Origin: Mycobacterium tuberculosis H37Rv
Lineage (GTDB): Bacteria; Actinomycetota; Actinomycetes; Mycobacteriales; Mycobacteriaceae
Direction: 5' to 3'
Length of the DNA stretch: 32,000 nucleotides
Assembly (NCBI RefSeq): GCF_000195955.2
Contig: NC_000962.3
Location: 720,001-752,000 of the forward strand
Part shown: piece by piece, positions 10,320 to 21,150 of the stretch
How the letters are laid out: each line of letters begins with the position of its first letter
Position numbering within the stretch: position 1 is the stretch's first letter
The notes under the pieces: generated by a model
What the model was told of the DNA's origin: nothing
Seen by the model: the letters and a program-made list of their open reading frames with translations, nothing else
Databases searched by the model: none
Position numbers and translations under genes: made by a program

Positions 10320-11033
10320 TCAGCCGCCCATCAACATTCGCCATTGATCGAGACTTGCGGGGCGATAAACGTAATTGGAACGCTTGACCTCCGACAGCGA
10401 CGCACTTGGCTCGGCCGAATACCAGTGCCCGGGAAAGACGGTTGGGTCACCCGGAAGCTCGGCGAGCTGTCGCAGGCTGCGGTACATCTCGTCGGAATCA
10501 CCGCCGGGAAAGTCTGTGCGTCCACAGCCTTCCAGGAATAGCGTGTCACCGGCGACCAGCCGGCCGTCGAGTAGAAAGCACTGACTGCCTGGGGTATGCC
10601 CGGGTGTGTGCAGCAGCTCGATGTCGATGTCGCCGACGCTGACCTTGTCCCCATGCTCATGGGTGATCAGGTCGCCGACAGGAATCCCAGTGACTCGCGA
10701 AACCCACAGCGCTTCATGGGTGTTCACGTGCACGGGTACAGATGCCCGCTCCAGCAGCTCAGCCAGTCCCGGCAGCTGAAAACCCATCATCGAGCCGCCC
10801 ACATGGTCTGGATGATGGTGGGTCACCAGCACACCCGATAGCTGCATATCGTCGGATTCGAGCGCGTCGAGCAGATCCCCGGCAGCGTAGGCCGGGTCGA
10901 CCACCACGCAGTCCCCGGTTGTGCGATCTCCGATCAGGTAGGCAAAGTTGCGCATTTGCGTCGCGAACATGTCGCCGACGGCGAAATCGCGACCGGAGAG
11001 CAGTTGACGGAAGTACAGCCGGTCCTTGGACAC
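10320..11033 (-). CDS. Metallo-beta-lactamase-fold hydrolase, glyoxalase II-like (237 aa)
   Basis: HxHxDH motif 'GVLVTHHHPDHVGGSMMG', 'LLHTPGHTPGSQCFLLDGRLVAGDTLF' and 'VFPGHWYS'. Matches Rv0634c. Confidence 0.9.
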   Translation of the reverse strand: MSKDRLYFRQLLSGRDFAVGDMFATQMRNFAYLIGDRTTGDCVVVDPAYAAGDLLDALESDDMQLSGVLVTHHHPDHVGGSMMGFQLPGLAELLERASVPVHVNTHEALWVSRVTGIPVGDLITHEHGDKVSVGDIDIELLHTPGHTPGSQCFLLDGRLVAGDTLFLEGCGRTDFPGGDSDEMYRSLRQLAELPGDPTVFPGHWYSAEPSASLSEVKRSNYVYRPASLDQWRMLMGG

Positions 11034-11112
11034 GCAACCAGCCTATGTCTTGTCCATCGCCGCCCAGACCGCGTCTTGGCGTTTGCAGCCCGGGACACGT
11101 TAATGCGGAGTC

Positions 11113-11364
11113 TTGGGGTCTGACTGTGGGTGCGGTGGGTATCTTTGGTCCATGCTGAAGAGGGTCGAGATAGAGGTTGATGACGACCTTATCCAAAAGG
11201 TCATCCGGCGGTACCGTGTGAAGGGTGCGCGCGAGGCTGTCAACCTTGCGCTGCGAACGTTGCTCGGCGAGGCGGATACCGCGGAGCATGGGCACGATGA
11301 CGAGTACGACGAGTTCAGCGATCCCAATGCCTGGGTTCCGCGGCGGAGCCGCGACACAGGGTGA
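11113..11364 (+). CDS. VapB-like antitoxin, apparently orphan (83 aa; alternative ATG at 11152)
   Basis: 'MLKRVEIEVDDDLIQKVIRRYRVKGAREAVNLALRTLLGE' resembles the VapB type II antitoxin N-terminus. Matches Rv0634A. Confidence 0.7.
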   Translation: MGSDCGCGGYLWSMLKRVEIEVDDDLIQKVIRRYRVKGAREAVNLALRTLLGEADTAEHGHDDEYDEFSDPNAWVPRRSRDTG

Positions 11365-11493
11365 TCCCGTCCAATCTTGGACGACTTGGTCCGTAGCTGC
11401 ATGGGTGGCACCGGTGGTTTGGTGGCGTTGCGCGCCAGGCTGTACCCTCTTTTAGGCCCGCGGCACGACCCGACTGGTCGCTACGGGTGAGCG

Positions 11494-11566
11494 GCCCCCT
11501 TAGCTCAGTCGGCAGAGCGTTTCCATGGTAAGGAAAAGGTCAACGGTTCGATTCCGTTAGGGGGCT
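11494..11566 (+). tRNA. thrT: tRNA-Thr (anticodon GGT)
   Basis: Acceptor GCCCCCT/AGGGGGC, D-arm GCTC..GAGC, anticodon arm TTTCC-ATGGTAA-GGAAA (anticodon GGT), T-arm AACGG-TTCGATT-CCGTT. Confidence 0.97.
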
Positions 11567-11602
11567 CGGCGGACGCCGGGCAGGCTGGCGGTGCGTACCA
11601 GA

Positions 11603-11676
<74 letters not shown>

Positions 11677-11711
11677 CAACACAACAGCAAGACTCGTTAG
11701 AGAGAACGGAT

Positions 11712-11879
11712 ATGGCTTCCAGTACCGACGTGCGGCCGAAGATCACTTTGGCATGCGAGGTGTGCAAGCACCGTAACTACATCACCAAAAAGAACCGCCG
11801 CAACGACCCGGACCGGCTGGAGCTGAAGAAGTTCTGCCCGAATTGCGGCAAACACCAGGCGCACCGCGAGACGCGGTAA
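11712..11879 (+). CDS. rpmG2: 50S ribosomal protein L33 (55 aa)
   Basis: [55 protein letters not shown], read directly from sequence (too short for the ORF track). Two CxxC pairs. Confidence 0.95.
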
Positions 11880-11929
11880 CCGCCGACCCGCGAGCAGTTG
11901 CTGAGACTGACTAGGTAGGTTCTACAGCC

Positions 11930-12406
11930 GTGGCGTTGAGCGCAGACATCGTTGGGATGCATTACCGGTATCCCGACCACTACGAGGTGGAGCGGGAGAA
12001 GATTCGCGAGTACGCCGTCGCCGTTCAAAACGACGACGCGTGGTATTTCGAGGAGGACGGCGCCGCCGAACTCGGGTATAAGGGCTTGCTGGCTCCGTTG
12101 ACGTTTATCTGTGTGTTCGGCTACAAGGCCCAGGCGGCGTTCTTCAAGCATGCGAACATCGCGACCGCGGAGGCGCAGATCGTCCAGGTAGACCAAGTGC
12201 TGAAATTCGAGAAACCGATCGTGGCGGGCGACAAGCTGTACTGCGACGTCTATGTGGATTCGGTGCGTGAGGCGCACGGCACCCAGATCATCGTGACCAA
12301 GAACATCGTCACCAACGAGGAAGGTGACCTCGTGCAGGAGACCTATACGACCCTGGCGGGCCGTGCCGGCGAGGATGGAGAGGGATTTTCTGATGGCGCT
12401 GCGTGA
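11930..12406 (+). CDS. hadA: (3R)-hydroxyacyl-ACP dehydratase subunit HadA (158 aa, GTG start)
   Basis: ALSADIVGMHYRYPDHYEVEREKIREYAVAVQNDDAWYF..., hot-dog/MaoC-like family. First gene of hadA-hadB-hadC. Confidence 0.95.
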   Translation: MALSADIVGMHYRYPDHYEVEREKIREYAVAVQNDDAWYFEEDGAAELGYKGLLAPLTFICVFGYKAQAAFFKHANIATAEAQIVQVDQVLKFEKPIVAGDKLYCDVYVDSVREAHGTQIIVTKNIVTNEEGDLVQETYTTLAGRAGEDGEGFSDGAA

Positions 12407-12821
12407 GTTCAGCTCGGTGAAGGTCGGAGACCAGCTTCCGGAGAAGACCTACCCGCTGACCCGCCAGGATCTGGTGAACTACGCCGGAGTTTCGGGTGAC
12501 TTGAACCCGATTCACTGGGACGACGAGATCGCCAAGGTCGTCGGGCTGGACACCGCGATCGCTCACGGCATGTTGACGATGGGGATCGGCGGTGGCTACG
12601 TCACATCCTGGGTTGGCGACCCGGGCGCGGTCACCGAGTACAACGTGCGGTTCACTGCGGTGGTTCCGGTGCCCAATGACGGCAAGGGCGCCGAGCTGGT
12701 GTTCAACGGTCGGGTGAAATCGGTTGATCCTGAGAGCAAGTCGGTGACCATCGCACTCACCGCTACTACCGGCGGCAAGAAGATTTTCGGGCGGGCCATC
12801 GCCTCGGCGAAGTTAGCGTAG
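12393..12821 (+). CDS. hadB: (3R)-hydroxyacyl-ACP dehydratase subunit HadB (142 aa)
   Basis: MALREFSSVKVGDQLPEKTYPLTRQDLVNYAGVSGDLNPIHWDDE; MaoC hydratase motif 'SGDLNPIH'. Overlaps hadA by 14 bp. Confidence 0.96.
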   Translation: MALREFSSVKVGDQLPEKTYPLTRQDLVNYAGVSGDLNPIHWDDEIAKVVGLDTAIAHGMLTMGIGGGYVTSWVGDPGAVTEYNVRFTAVVPVPNDGKGAELVFNGRVKSVDPESKSVTIALTATTGGKKIFGRAIASAKLA

Positions 12822-12824
12822 TTT

Positions 12825-13325
12825 ATGGCGCTCAAGACCGATATCCGCGGGATGATTTGGCGGTACCCGGACTACTTCATCGTGGGCCGTGAGCAATGCC
12901 GCGAGTTTGCCCGAGCTGTCAAGTGCGACCACCCGGCCTTTTTCAGCGAGGAAGCGGCCGCCGACCTCGGTTACGACGCGCTGGTTGCTCCGCTGACCTT
13001 CGTGACGATCCTCGCCAAATATGTGCAACTGGACTTCTTCCGCCACGTCGACGTGGGCATGGAGACGATGCAGATCGTTCAGGTCGACCAGCGGTTCGTG
13101 TTCCACAAACCCGTGCTCGCCGGGGACAAGTTGTGGGCTCGGATGGACATCCATTCGGTGGACGAGCGGTTCGGCGCAGACATCGTCGTTACCAGAAACC
13201 TCTGCACCAACGACGACGGTGAGCTGGTCATGGAGGCCTACACCACGCTGATGGGCCAGCAGGGTGATGGTTCCGCCAGACTCAAATGGGACAAGGAATC
13301 CGGGCAGGTCATCAGGACCGCGTAA
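12825..13325 (+). CDS. hadC: (3R)-hydroxyacyl-ACP dehydratase subunit HadC (166 aa)
   Basis: MALKTDIRGMIWRYPDYFIVGREQCREFARAVKCDHPAFF..., clear HadA paralogue just downstream of hadB. Confidence 0.95.
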   Translation: MALKTDIRGMIWRYPDYFIVGREQCREFARAVKCDHPAFFSEEAAADLGYDALVAPLTFVTILAKYVQLDFFRHVDVGMETMQIVQVDQRFVFHKPVLAGDKLWARMDIHSVDERFGADIVVTRNLCTNDDGELVMEAYTTLMGQQGDGSARLKWDKESGQVIRTA

Positions 13326-13523
13326 TTAGCAACTGGCCGCTGCGGCCATGTACACTCGGACCTCGGGGTTTTCCCAACATCGGCGCGCTTTCCGTGAGTT
13401 CAACGAGCGGAGTGTCGTCTCCACTTTCGGTTCGCGATCACCGAACGGAGGGCGCGCGTGTCATGTGAGCCCCGGCGTAGTGGGTTGGCCAGGGCCTGGT
13501 CTGGTCTTGCCTGCCAACCGCGA

Positions 13524-13596
<73 letters not shown>

Positions 13597-13736
13597 CTGA
13601 AGGCGAACGTTCGACGACGATGCAGGCACGGCCTGAAGAGGAGACGGACCATAGGTATGTGCCATGGTGGACACTGGAAGGTGCCCCACCAGAGCGGAAC
13701 GGCTCGCGGGGTAGCTAGTAAACGAAGGAGCATGCG

Positions 13737-14222
13737 GTGAGCGACGAAGGCGACGTTGCCGACGAGGCCGTAGCCGACGGCGCCGAGAATGCGGACAGCC
13801 GCGGGAGCGGTGGCCGGACGGCCCTGGTGACAAAGCCGGTGGTGCGGCCGCAACGTCCCACCGGCAAGCGGTCGCGGTCGCGTGCGGCAGGAGCCGACGC
13901 AGACGTCGACGTCGAAGAGCCGTCGACCGCGGCTTCGGAAGCTACCGGGGTCGCCAAGGACGATTCGACCACCAAGGCCGTGTCGAAGGCTGCCAGGGCA
14001 AAAAAGGCCAGTAAACCGAAGGCCCGGTCGGTTAACCCGATCGCATTCGTCTACAACTACCTCAAGCAGGTCGTTGCCGAGATGCGGAAGGTAATCTGGC
14101 CGAACCGCAAACAAATGCTTACCTACACGTCGGTGGTGCTGGCGTTTCTGGCCTTCATGGTGGCGCTGGTCGCCGGTGCTGACTTGGGCCTGACCAAGCT
14201 GGTGATGTTGGTGTTCGGCTGA
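13737..14222 (+). CDS. secE1: Preprotein translocase subunit SecE (161 aa, GTG start)
   Basis: C-terminal SecE domain '[62 protein letters not shown]'. Located upstream of nusG, with a long low-complexity N-terminal extension. Confidence 0.95.
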
Positions 14223-14235
14223 GGCTCGAGAGTGA

Positions 14236-14970
<735 letters not shown>

Positions 14971-15021
14971 CCCAGCAGGGCAGGCCACACAGGCTGAAAC
15001 AAGGAAGGACATCGACACGTC

Positions 15022-15450
15022 ATGGCCCCGAAGAAGAAGGTCGCCGGGTTGATCAAGCTGCAGATCGTGGCGGGCCAGGCCAACCCTGCCCCGCCAGTGG
15101 GCCCCGCGCTCGGTCAGCACGGCGTCAACATCATGGAGTTCTGCAAGGCGTACAACGCCGCGACGGAGAACCAGCGCGGCAACGTCATCCCGGTGGAGAT
15201 CACCGTTTATGAAGACCGTAGCTTCACTTTCACGCTGAAGACGCCGCCCGCCGCCAAGCTGCTGCTTAAGGCCGCTGGTGTGGCGAAGGGTTCGGCGGAG
15301 CCGCACAAGACCAAGGTCGCCAAAGTCACCTGGGATCAAGTCCGCGAAATCGCCGAGACCAAGAAGACGGACCTCAACGCCAACGACGTCGACGCTGCGG
15401 CCAAGATCATCGCCGGTACCGCTCGGTCGATGGGCATCACCGTCGAATAG
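15022..15450 (+). CDS. rplK: 50S ribosomal protein L11 (142 aa)
   Basis: [48 protein letters not shown]..., canonical L11. Confidence 0.98.
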
Positions 15451-15482
15451 GGCCCTACCCGTGGGAGGGCCAGCTTCGGCCC
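15451..15482 (+). promoter_or_regulatory. Two overlapping, mutually exclusive hairpins in the rplK-rplA intergenic leader
   Basis: Hairpin A GGCCCT-a-CCC/gtg/GGG-AGGGCC (15451-15471). Hairpin B GGGCC/agcttc/GGCCC (15467-15482) reuses GGGCC of hairpin A. Confidence 0.45.
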
Positions 15483-15516
15483 GCTGAGTAACCACGACCC
15501 ATAGATTGGATATCAA

Positions 15517-16224
15517 ATGAGCAAGACCAGCAAGGCATATCGCGCCGCCGCCGCGAAGGTGGACCGCACCAACCTCTACACCCCGCTGCAGGCGGCCAAG
15601 CTTGCCAAAGAGACCTCGTCGACCAAGCAGGACGCGACCGTCGAGGTGGCGATCCGGCTTGGCGTCGACCCGCGTAAGGCAGACCAGATGGTTCGCGGCA
15701 CGGTCAACCTGCCACACGGCACTGGTAAGACTGCCCGCGTCGCGGTATTCGCGGTTGGTGAAAAGGCCGATGCTGCCGTTGCCGCGGGGGCGGATGTTGT
15801 CGGGAGTGACGATCTGATCGAGAGGATTCAGGGCGGCTGGCTGGAATTCGATGCCGCGATCGCGACACCGGATCAGATGGCCAAAGTCGGTCGCATCGCT
15901 CGGGTGCTGGGTCCGCGCGGCCTGATGCCCAACCCGAAAACCGGCACCGTCACCGCCGACGTCGCCAAGGCCGTCGCGGACATCAAGGGCGGCAAGATCA
16001 ACTTCCGGGTTGACAAGCAGGCCAACCTGCACTTCGTCATCGGGAAAGCGTCGTTCGACGAGAAGTTGTTGGCGGAGAACTACGGCGCGGCGATCGACGA
16101 GGTGCTGCGGCTCAAGCCGTCCTCGTCGAAGGGCCGCTACCTGAAGAAGATCACCGTGTCGACGACGACGGGCCCGGGCATTCCGGTCGACCCATCCATC
16201 ACCCGCAACTTCGCGGGGGAGTAG
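15517..16224 (+). CDS. rplA: 50S ribosomal protein L1 (235 aa)
   Basis: [79 protein letters not shown]..., canonical L1. Confidence 0.98.
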   Translation: MSKTSKAYRAAAAKVDRTNLYTPLQAAKLAKETSSTKQDATVEVAIRLGVDPRKADQMVRGTVNLPHGTGKTARVAVFAVGEKADAAVAAGADVVGSDDLIERIQGGWLEFDAAIATPDQMAKVGRIARVLGPRGLMPNPKTGTVTADVAKAVADIKGGKINFRVDKQANLHFVIGKASFDEKLLAENYGAAIDEVLRLKPSSSKGRYLKKITVSTTTGPGIPVDPSITRNFAGE

Positions 16225-16228
16225 TTTC

Positions 16229-16296
16229 CCCGGCGAGCAGACGCATAAGCCCCCGCACGCACGGCGTGTCGGGGGCTTATGCGTCTGCTCGCCGGG
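16229..16296. terminator. Long inverted repeat between convergent rplA and mmaA4 (putative bidirectional terminator)
   Basis: Perfect 27-bp arms: CCCGGCGAGCAGACGCATAAGCCCCCG (16229-16255) and CGGGGGCTTATGCGTCTGCTCGCCGGG (16270-16296). Inner stem CACGC/GCGTG with a one-nt bulge and a 3-nt loop. Confidence 0.75.
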
Positions 16297-16297
16297 C

Positions 16298-17203
16298 TTA
16301 GGCCGCGGCACCCGGCTTGAGGTAGGTCACCAGGCTGCAGTCGAGCATCTCGTCGGTGAAGTAGTGCTCGCAGCCACGCAAATACTTCATGTAGCGGTTG
16401 TAGACCTCTTCGGAGGTGACCTCGATGGCCTTGTCCTTATTGGACTGCAGCGTGTCCCCCCAGATCCGCAGCGTCTTGATGTAATGCGGGCGCAACGAGA
16501 GCGGCTCCGGGACGGTGAAACCGGCCTTCTCGCCGTGTTCGACCATCATCTCGGTGGACGGCAGGCGGCCGCCGGGAAATATCTCGGTGACGATGAACTT
16601 GATGAAACGCGCCGTCTCGAAGCTCAGCTTCTTACCGCGGGCCGCCATCTCGTAGGGGTGGTAGCTGACGCTGCTCTGGACGGTCATCCGGCCGTCGGCG
16701 GGCATGATGTTGAAACACCGCTTGAAGAAGTCGTCGTAGTTCTCGTGCCCGAAGTGCTCGAAGGCTTCGATCGACACAATCCGGTCGACGGGTTCGGCGA
16801 AATCCTCCCAGCCTTGCAGCAGCACTTGACGTGAGCGGTTGGTGTCGATCGAAGCCAGCACTTGCTCGCAGCGGGCGTGCTGGTTCTTGGACAACGTCAG
16901 GCCGATGACGTTAACGTCGAACCGCTCGACGGCGCGCCTCATGGTGGTGCCCCAACCGCACCCAATGTCCAGCAGCGTCATGCCCGGCTTGAGGTCCAGC
17001 TTGTCCAGGTTGAGGTCGACCTTGGCGTATTGGGCTTCTTCGAGCGTGAGCTCCGGTGGCTCGAAGTAGGCACAGCTGTAAGTTCGGGTCGGGTCCTGGA
17101 ACAGGGCGAAGAAATCATCGGAGACGTCGTAGTGCGCTTGGATGTCTTCGAAGCGTGTCCGTGTCTTGGTTGGGCTAATCGGTTTCTCGGCCATTCTCGT
17201 CAT
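16298..17203 (-). CDS. mmaA4: Mycolic acid SAM-dependent methyltransferase MmaA4/Hma (301 aa)
   Basis: [58 protein letters not shown]..., SAM motif '[29 protein letters not shown]'. Confidence 0.95.
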
Positions 17204-17267
17204 GTTCTCCTGGATGGTGTCAGTTACCGGTGGCTGTGCACCCATAGCCCGTCGGTGGCACGAAAGT

Positions 17268-18149
17268 CTACTTGGCCAGCGTGAACTGGTTGCAGTCGAT
17301 GTAGCCCATTCGGAACGCCTTGGCGCAGCCGGTCAGGTATTTCATGTACCGCTCGTATACCTCTGCGGACTGGATCTCGATGGCCTCGTCCTTGTGCGCT
17401 TGAAGCGCCTCGGCCCACAGGTCAAGAGTCCTGGCGAAGTGCGGTTGCAGGGACTGGATATCGGTAATGGTGAAACCGGCCTTCGTCACATGCTCCTCGA
17501 TCGTCTCGATCGTCGGCAACCGGCCGCCCGGGAAGATGTCGGTCACGATGAACCGGATGAATTTGGCCATCTCCATGGTCAACGGTATGCCGCGCTCGAT
17601 GACCTGCTTTACGTGCAAGCCGGTGATCGAGTGCAGCAGCATCACGCCGTCCGCGGGCATCGCGTTGTAGGCGAACTTGAAGAAGTCATCGTAGCGCTCG
17701 AAACCGAAGTGCTCTATCGCTTCGATGGTTACGATGCGGTCCACCGGCTCGCTGAAGTTGGCCCAGTCGCTCAGCAGTACCCGGTGCGAGCGGTTGGTGT
17801 CGACCTTGTCGAGCACTTGCTGGCAGTAGGCGTGCTGATTTTTCGACAGGGTCAAGCCGACGACGTTGACGTCGTAGCGCTCGACGGCACGCTTCATGAC
17901 CGAACCCCAGCCGCAGCCCACGTCGAGCAGTGTCATTCCCGGTTCTAGCCCCAGCTTGCCCAGGGTTAGGTCCAGCTTGGCGACCTGTGCTTCGTGCAAG
18001 GTCATGTCGTCGCGCTCGAAGTAGGCGCAGCTGTAGGTCCGAGTCGGATCCTGGAACAGCGCGAAGAACGCATCTGAAAGGTCGTAATGGGCTTGGACGT
18101 CGTCGACATTGGACCGAGACTTTGTGGTGCCCGTTGAGTTATCAGACAT
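17268..18149 (-). CDS. mmaA3: Methoxy mycolic acid SAM-dependent methyltransferase MmaA3 (293 aa)
   Basis: [55 protein letters not shown]..., SAM motif '[29 protein letters not shown]'. Confidence 0.95.
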
Positions 18150-18296
18150 GTGTCCTCCCACTGTGAGGGGCACCTTCAGCAGGTGGCCATCCCCGGCACC
18201 CTACACGGTGCATGGCACATCGCCCGCATTCGCGCTCGCATGCGCCGGTCTTTCTCGATCGGGATTTGCCAGATATCACCCTGGCCGGCGCAATCA

Positions 18297-19160
18297 CTAC
18301 TTCGCCAGCGTGAACTGGTTGACGTCGATGTAGCCGACCCGGAACAGCTTGGCGCAGCCGGTCAGGTATTTCATGTACCGCTCGTAGACCTCTTCGGACT
18401 GGATCGCGATGGCCTCGCTTTTGTGTTCCTGCAGCGCCTCGGCCCACAGGTCGAGGGTCCTGGCGTAATGCGGCTGCAGCGACTGGCGGCGAGTCAGCGT
18501 GAAACCCGTCTTCGCCGACTGTTCCTCAACCATTTCAATCGTCGGAGGTTGGCCCCCCGGGAAGATTTCGGTCGCGATGAACTTGAGAAAGCGGGCCAGC
18601 CACAACGTGAGCGGCAAGCCGTGGTCGACCATCTGCTGCCTGGTCAGGCCGGTGATCGTGTGCAGCAGCAACACGCCATCGGGCGGCAGGATTTTGTGGG
18701 CCCGGGCGAAGAAGTCGGCGTGACGATCGTGGCCGAAGTGCTCGAACGCGCCGATCGACACGATGCGGTCGACGGGCTCGTTGAACTGCTCCCATCCCGC
18801 CAGCAACACTCGCCTGTCGCGCGGGGTGTCCATCTCGTCGAACGACTTCTGCACATGGGCGGCCTGGTTCTTCGACAATGTCAGGCCGACGACGTTGACG
18901 TCATACTGCGCGATCGCGCGCCGCATGGTGGCGCCCCAGCCGCAACCGATATCGAGCAGCGTCATGCCGGGCTGCAGACCTAGCTTGCCCAGCGCCAGGT
19001 CGATCTTGGCGATCTGGGCCTCTTCCAGCGTCATGTCCTCGCGTTCGAAATGCGCGCAGCTGTAGGTCTGGGTCGGATCCAGGAACAGCCGGAAGAAGTC
19101 GTCGGACAGGTCGTAGTGTGCCTGCACGTCCTCGAAGTGCGGCGTTAGGTCGTTGACCAT
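18297..19160 (-). CDS. mmaA2: Cyclopropane mycolic acid synthase MmaA2 (287 aa)
   Basis: [49 protein letters not shown]..., '[29 protein letters not shown]'. CmaA-type motif 'IVSIGAFEHFGHDR'. Confidence 0.95.
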   Translation of the reverse strand: MVNDLTPHFEDVQAHYDLSDDFFRLFLDPTQTYSCAHFEREDMTLEEAQIAKIDLALGKLGLQPGMTLLDIGCGWGATMRRAIAQYDVNVVGLTLSKNQAAHVQKSFDEMDTPRDRRVLLAGWEQFNEPVDRIVSIGAFEHFGHDRHADFFARAHKILPPDGVLLLHTITGLTRQQMVDHGLPLTLWLARFLKFIATEIFPGGQPPTIEMVEEQSAKTGFTLTRRQSLQPHYARTLDLWAEALQEHKSEAIAIQSEEVYERYMKYLTGCAKLFRVGYIDVNQFTLAK

Positions 19161-19326
19161 GAGGTGTAATGCCTTTCCGGACCCTAGGTGGCCTTTCGGT
19201 GCTTGCACGGAACGCACCGATGCTTCCCCCTCCCCGCATGCTCGAGGCATGCTATCCGATACAGGGCCGCCGCACTAAACCGCGATCGAATTTGCCCAGG
19301 TCAGGGAACGGATATGAGCGGACGAG

Positions 19327-21139
<1,813 letters not shown>

Positions 21140-21150
21140 CGAGACCTCGC

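Noticed and set aside
10254-10541. 95-aa + strand ORF partly in the intergenic region
   Set aside because: Mostly antisense to the 3' end of the glyoxalase-like gene, with no similarity features.
11377-11460. Possible decayed vapC remnant after the VapB-like ORF
   Set aside because: The short stretch gives no PIN-domain-like translation (no conserved Asp-containing N-terminus) that I can recognise, so I do not claim a pseudogene.
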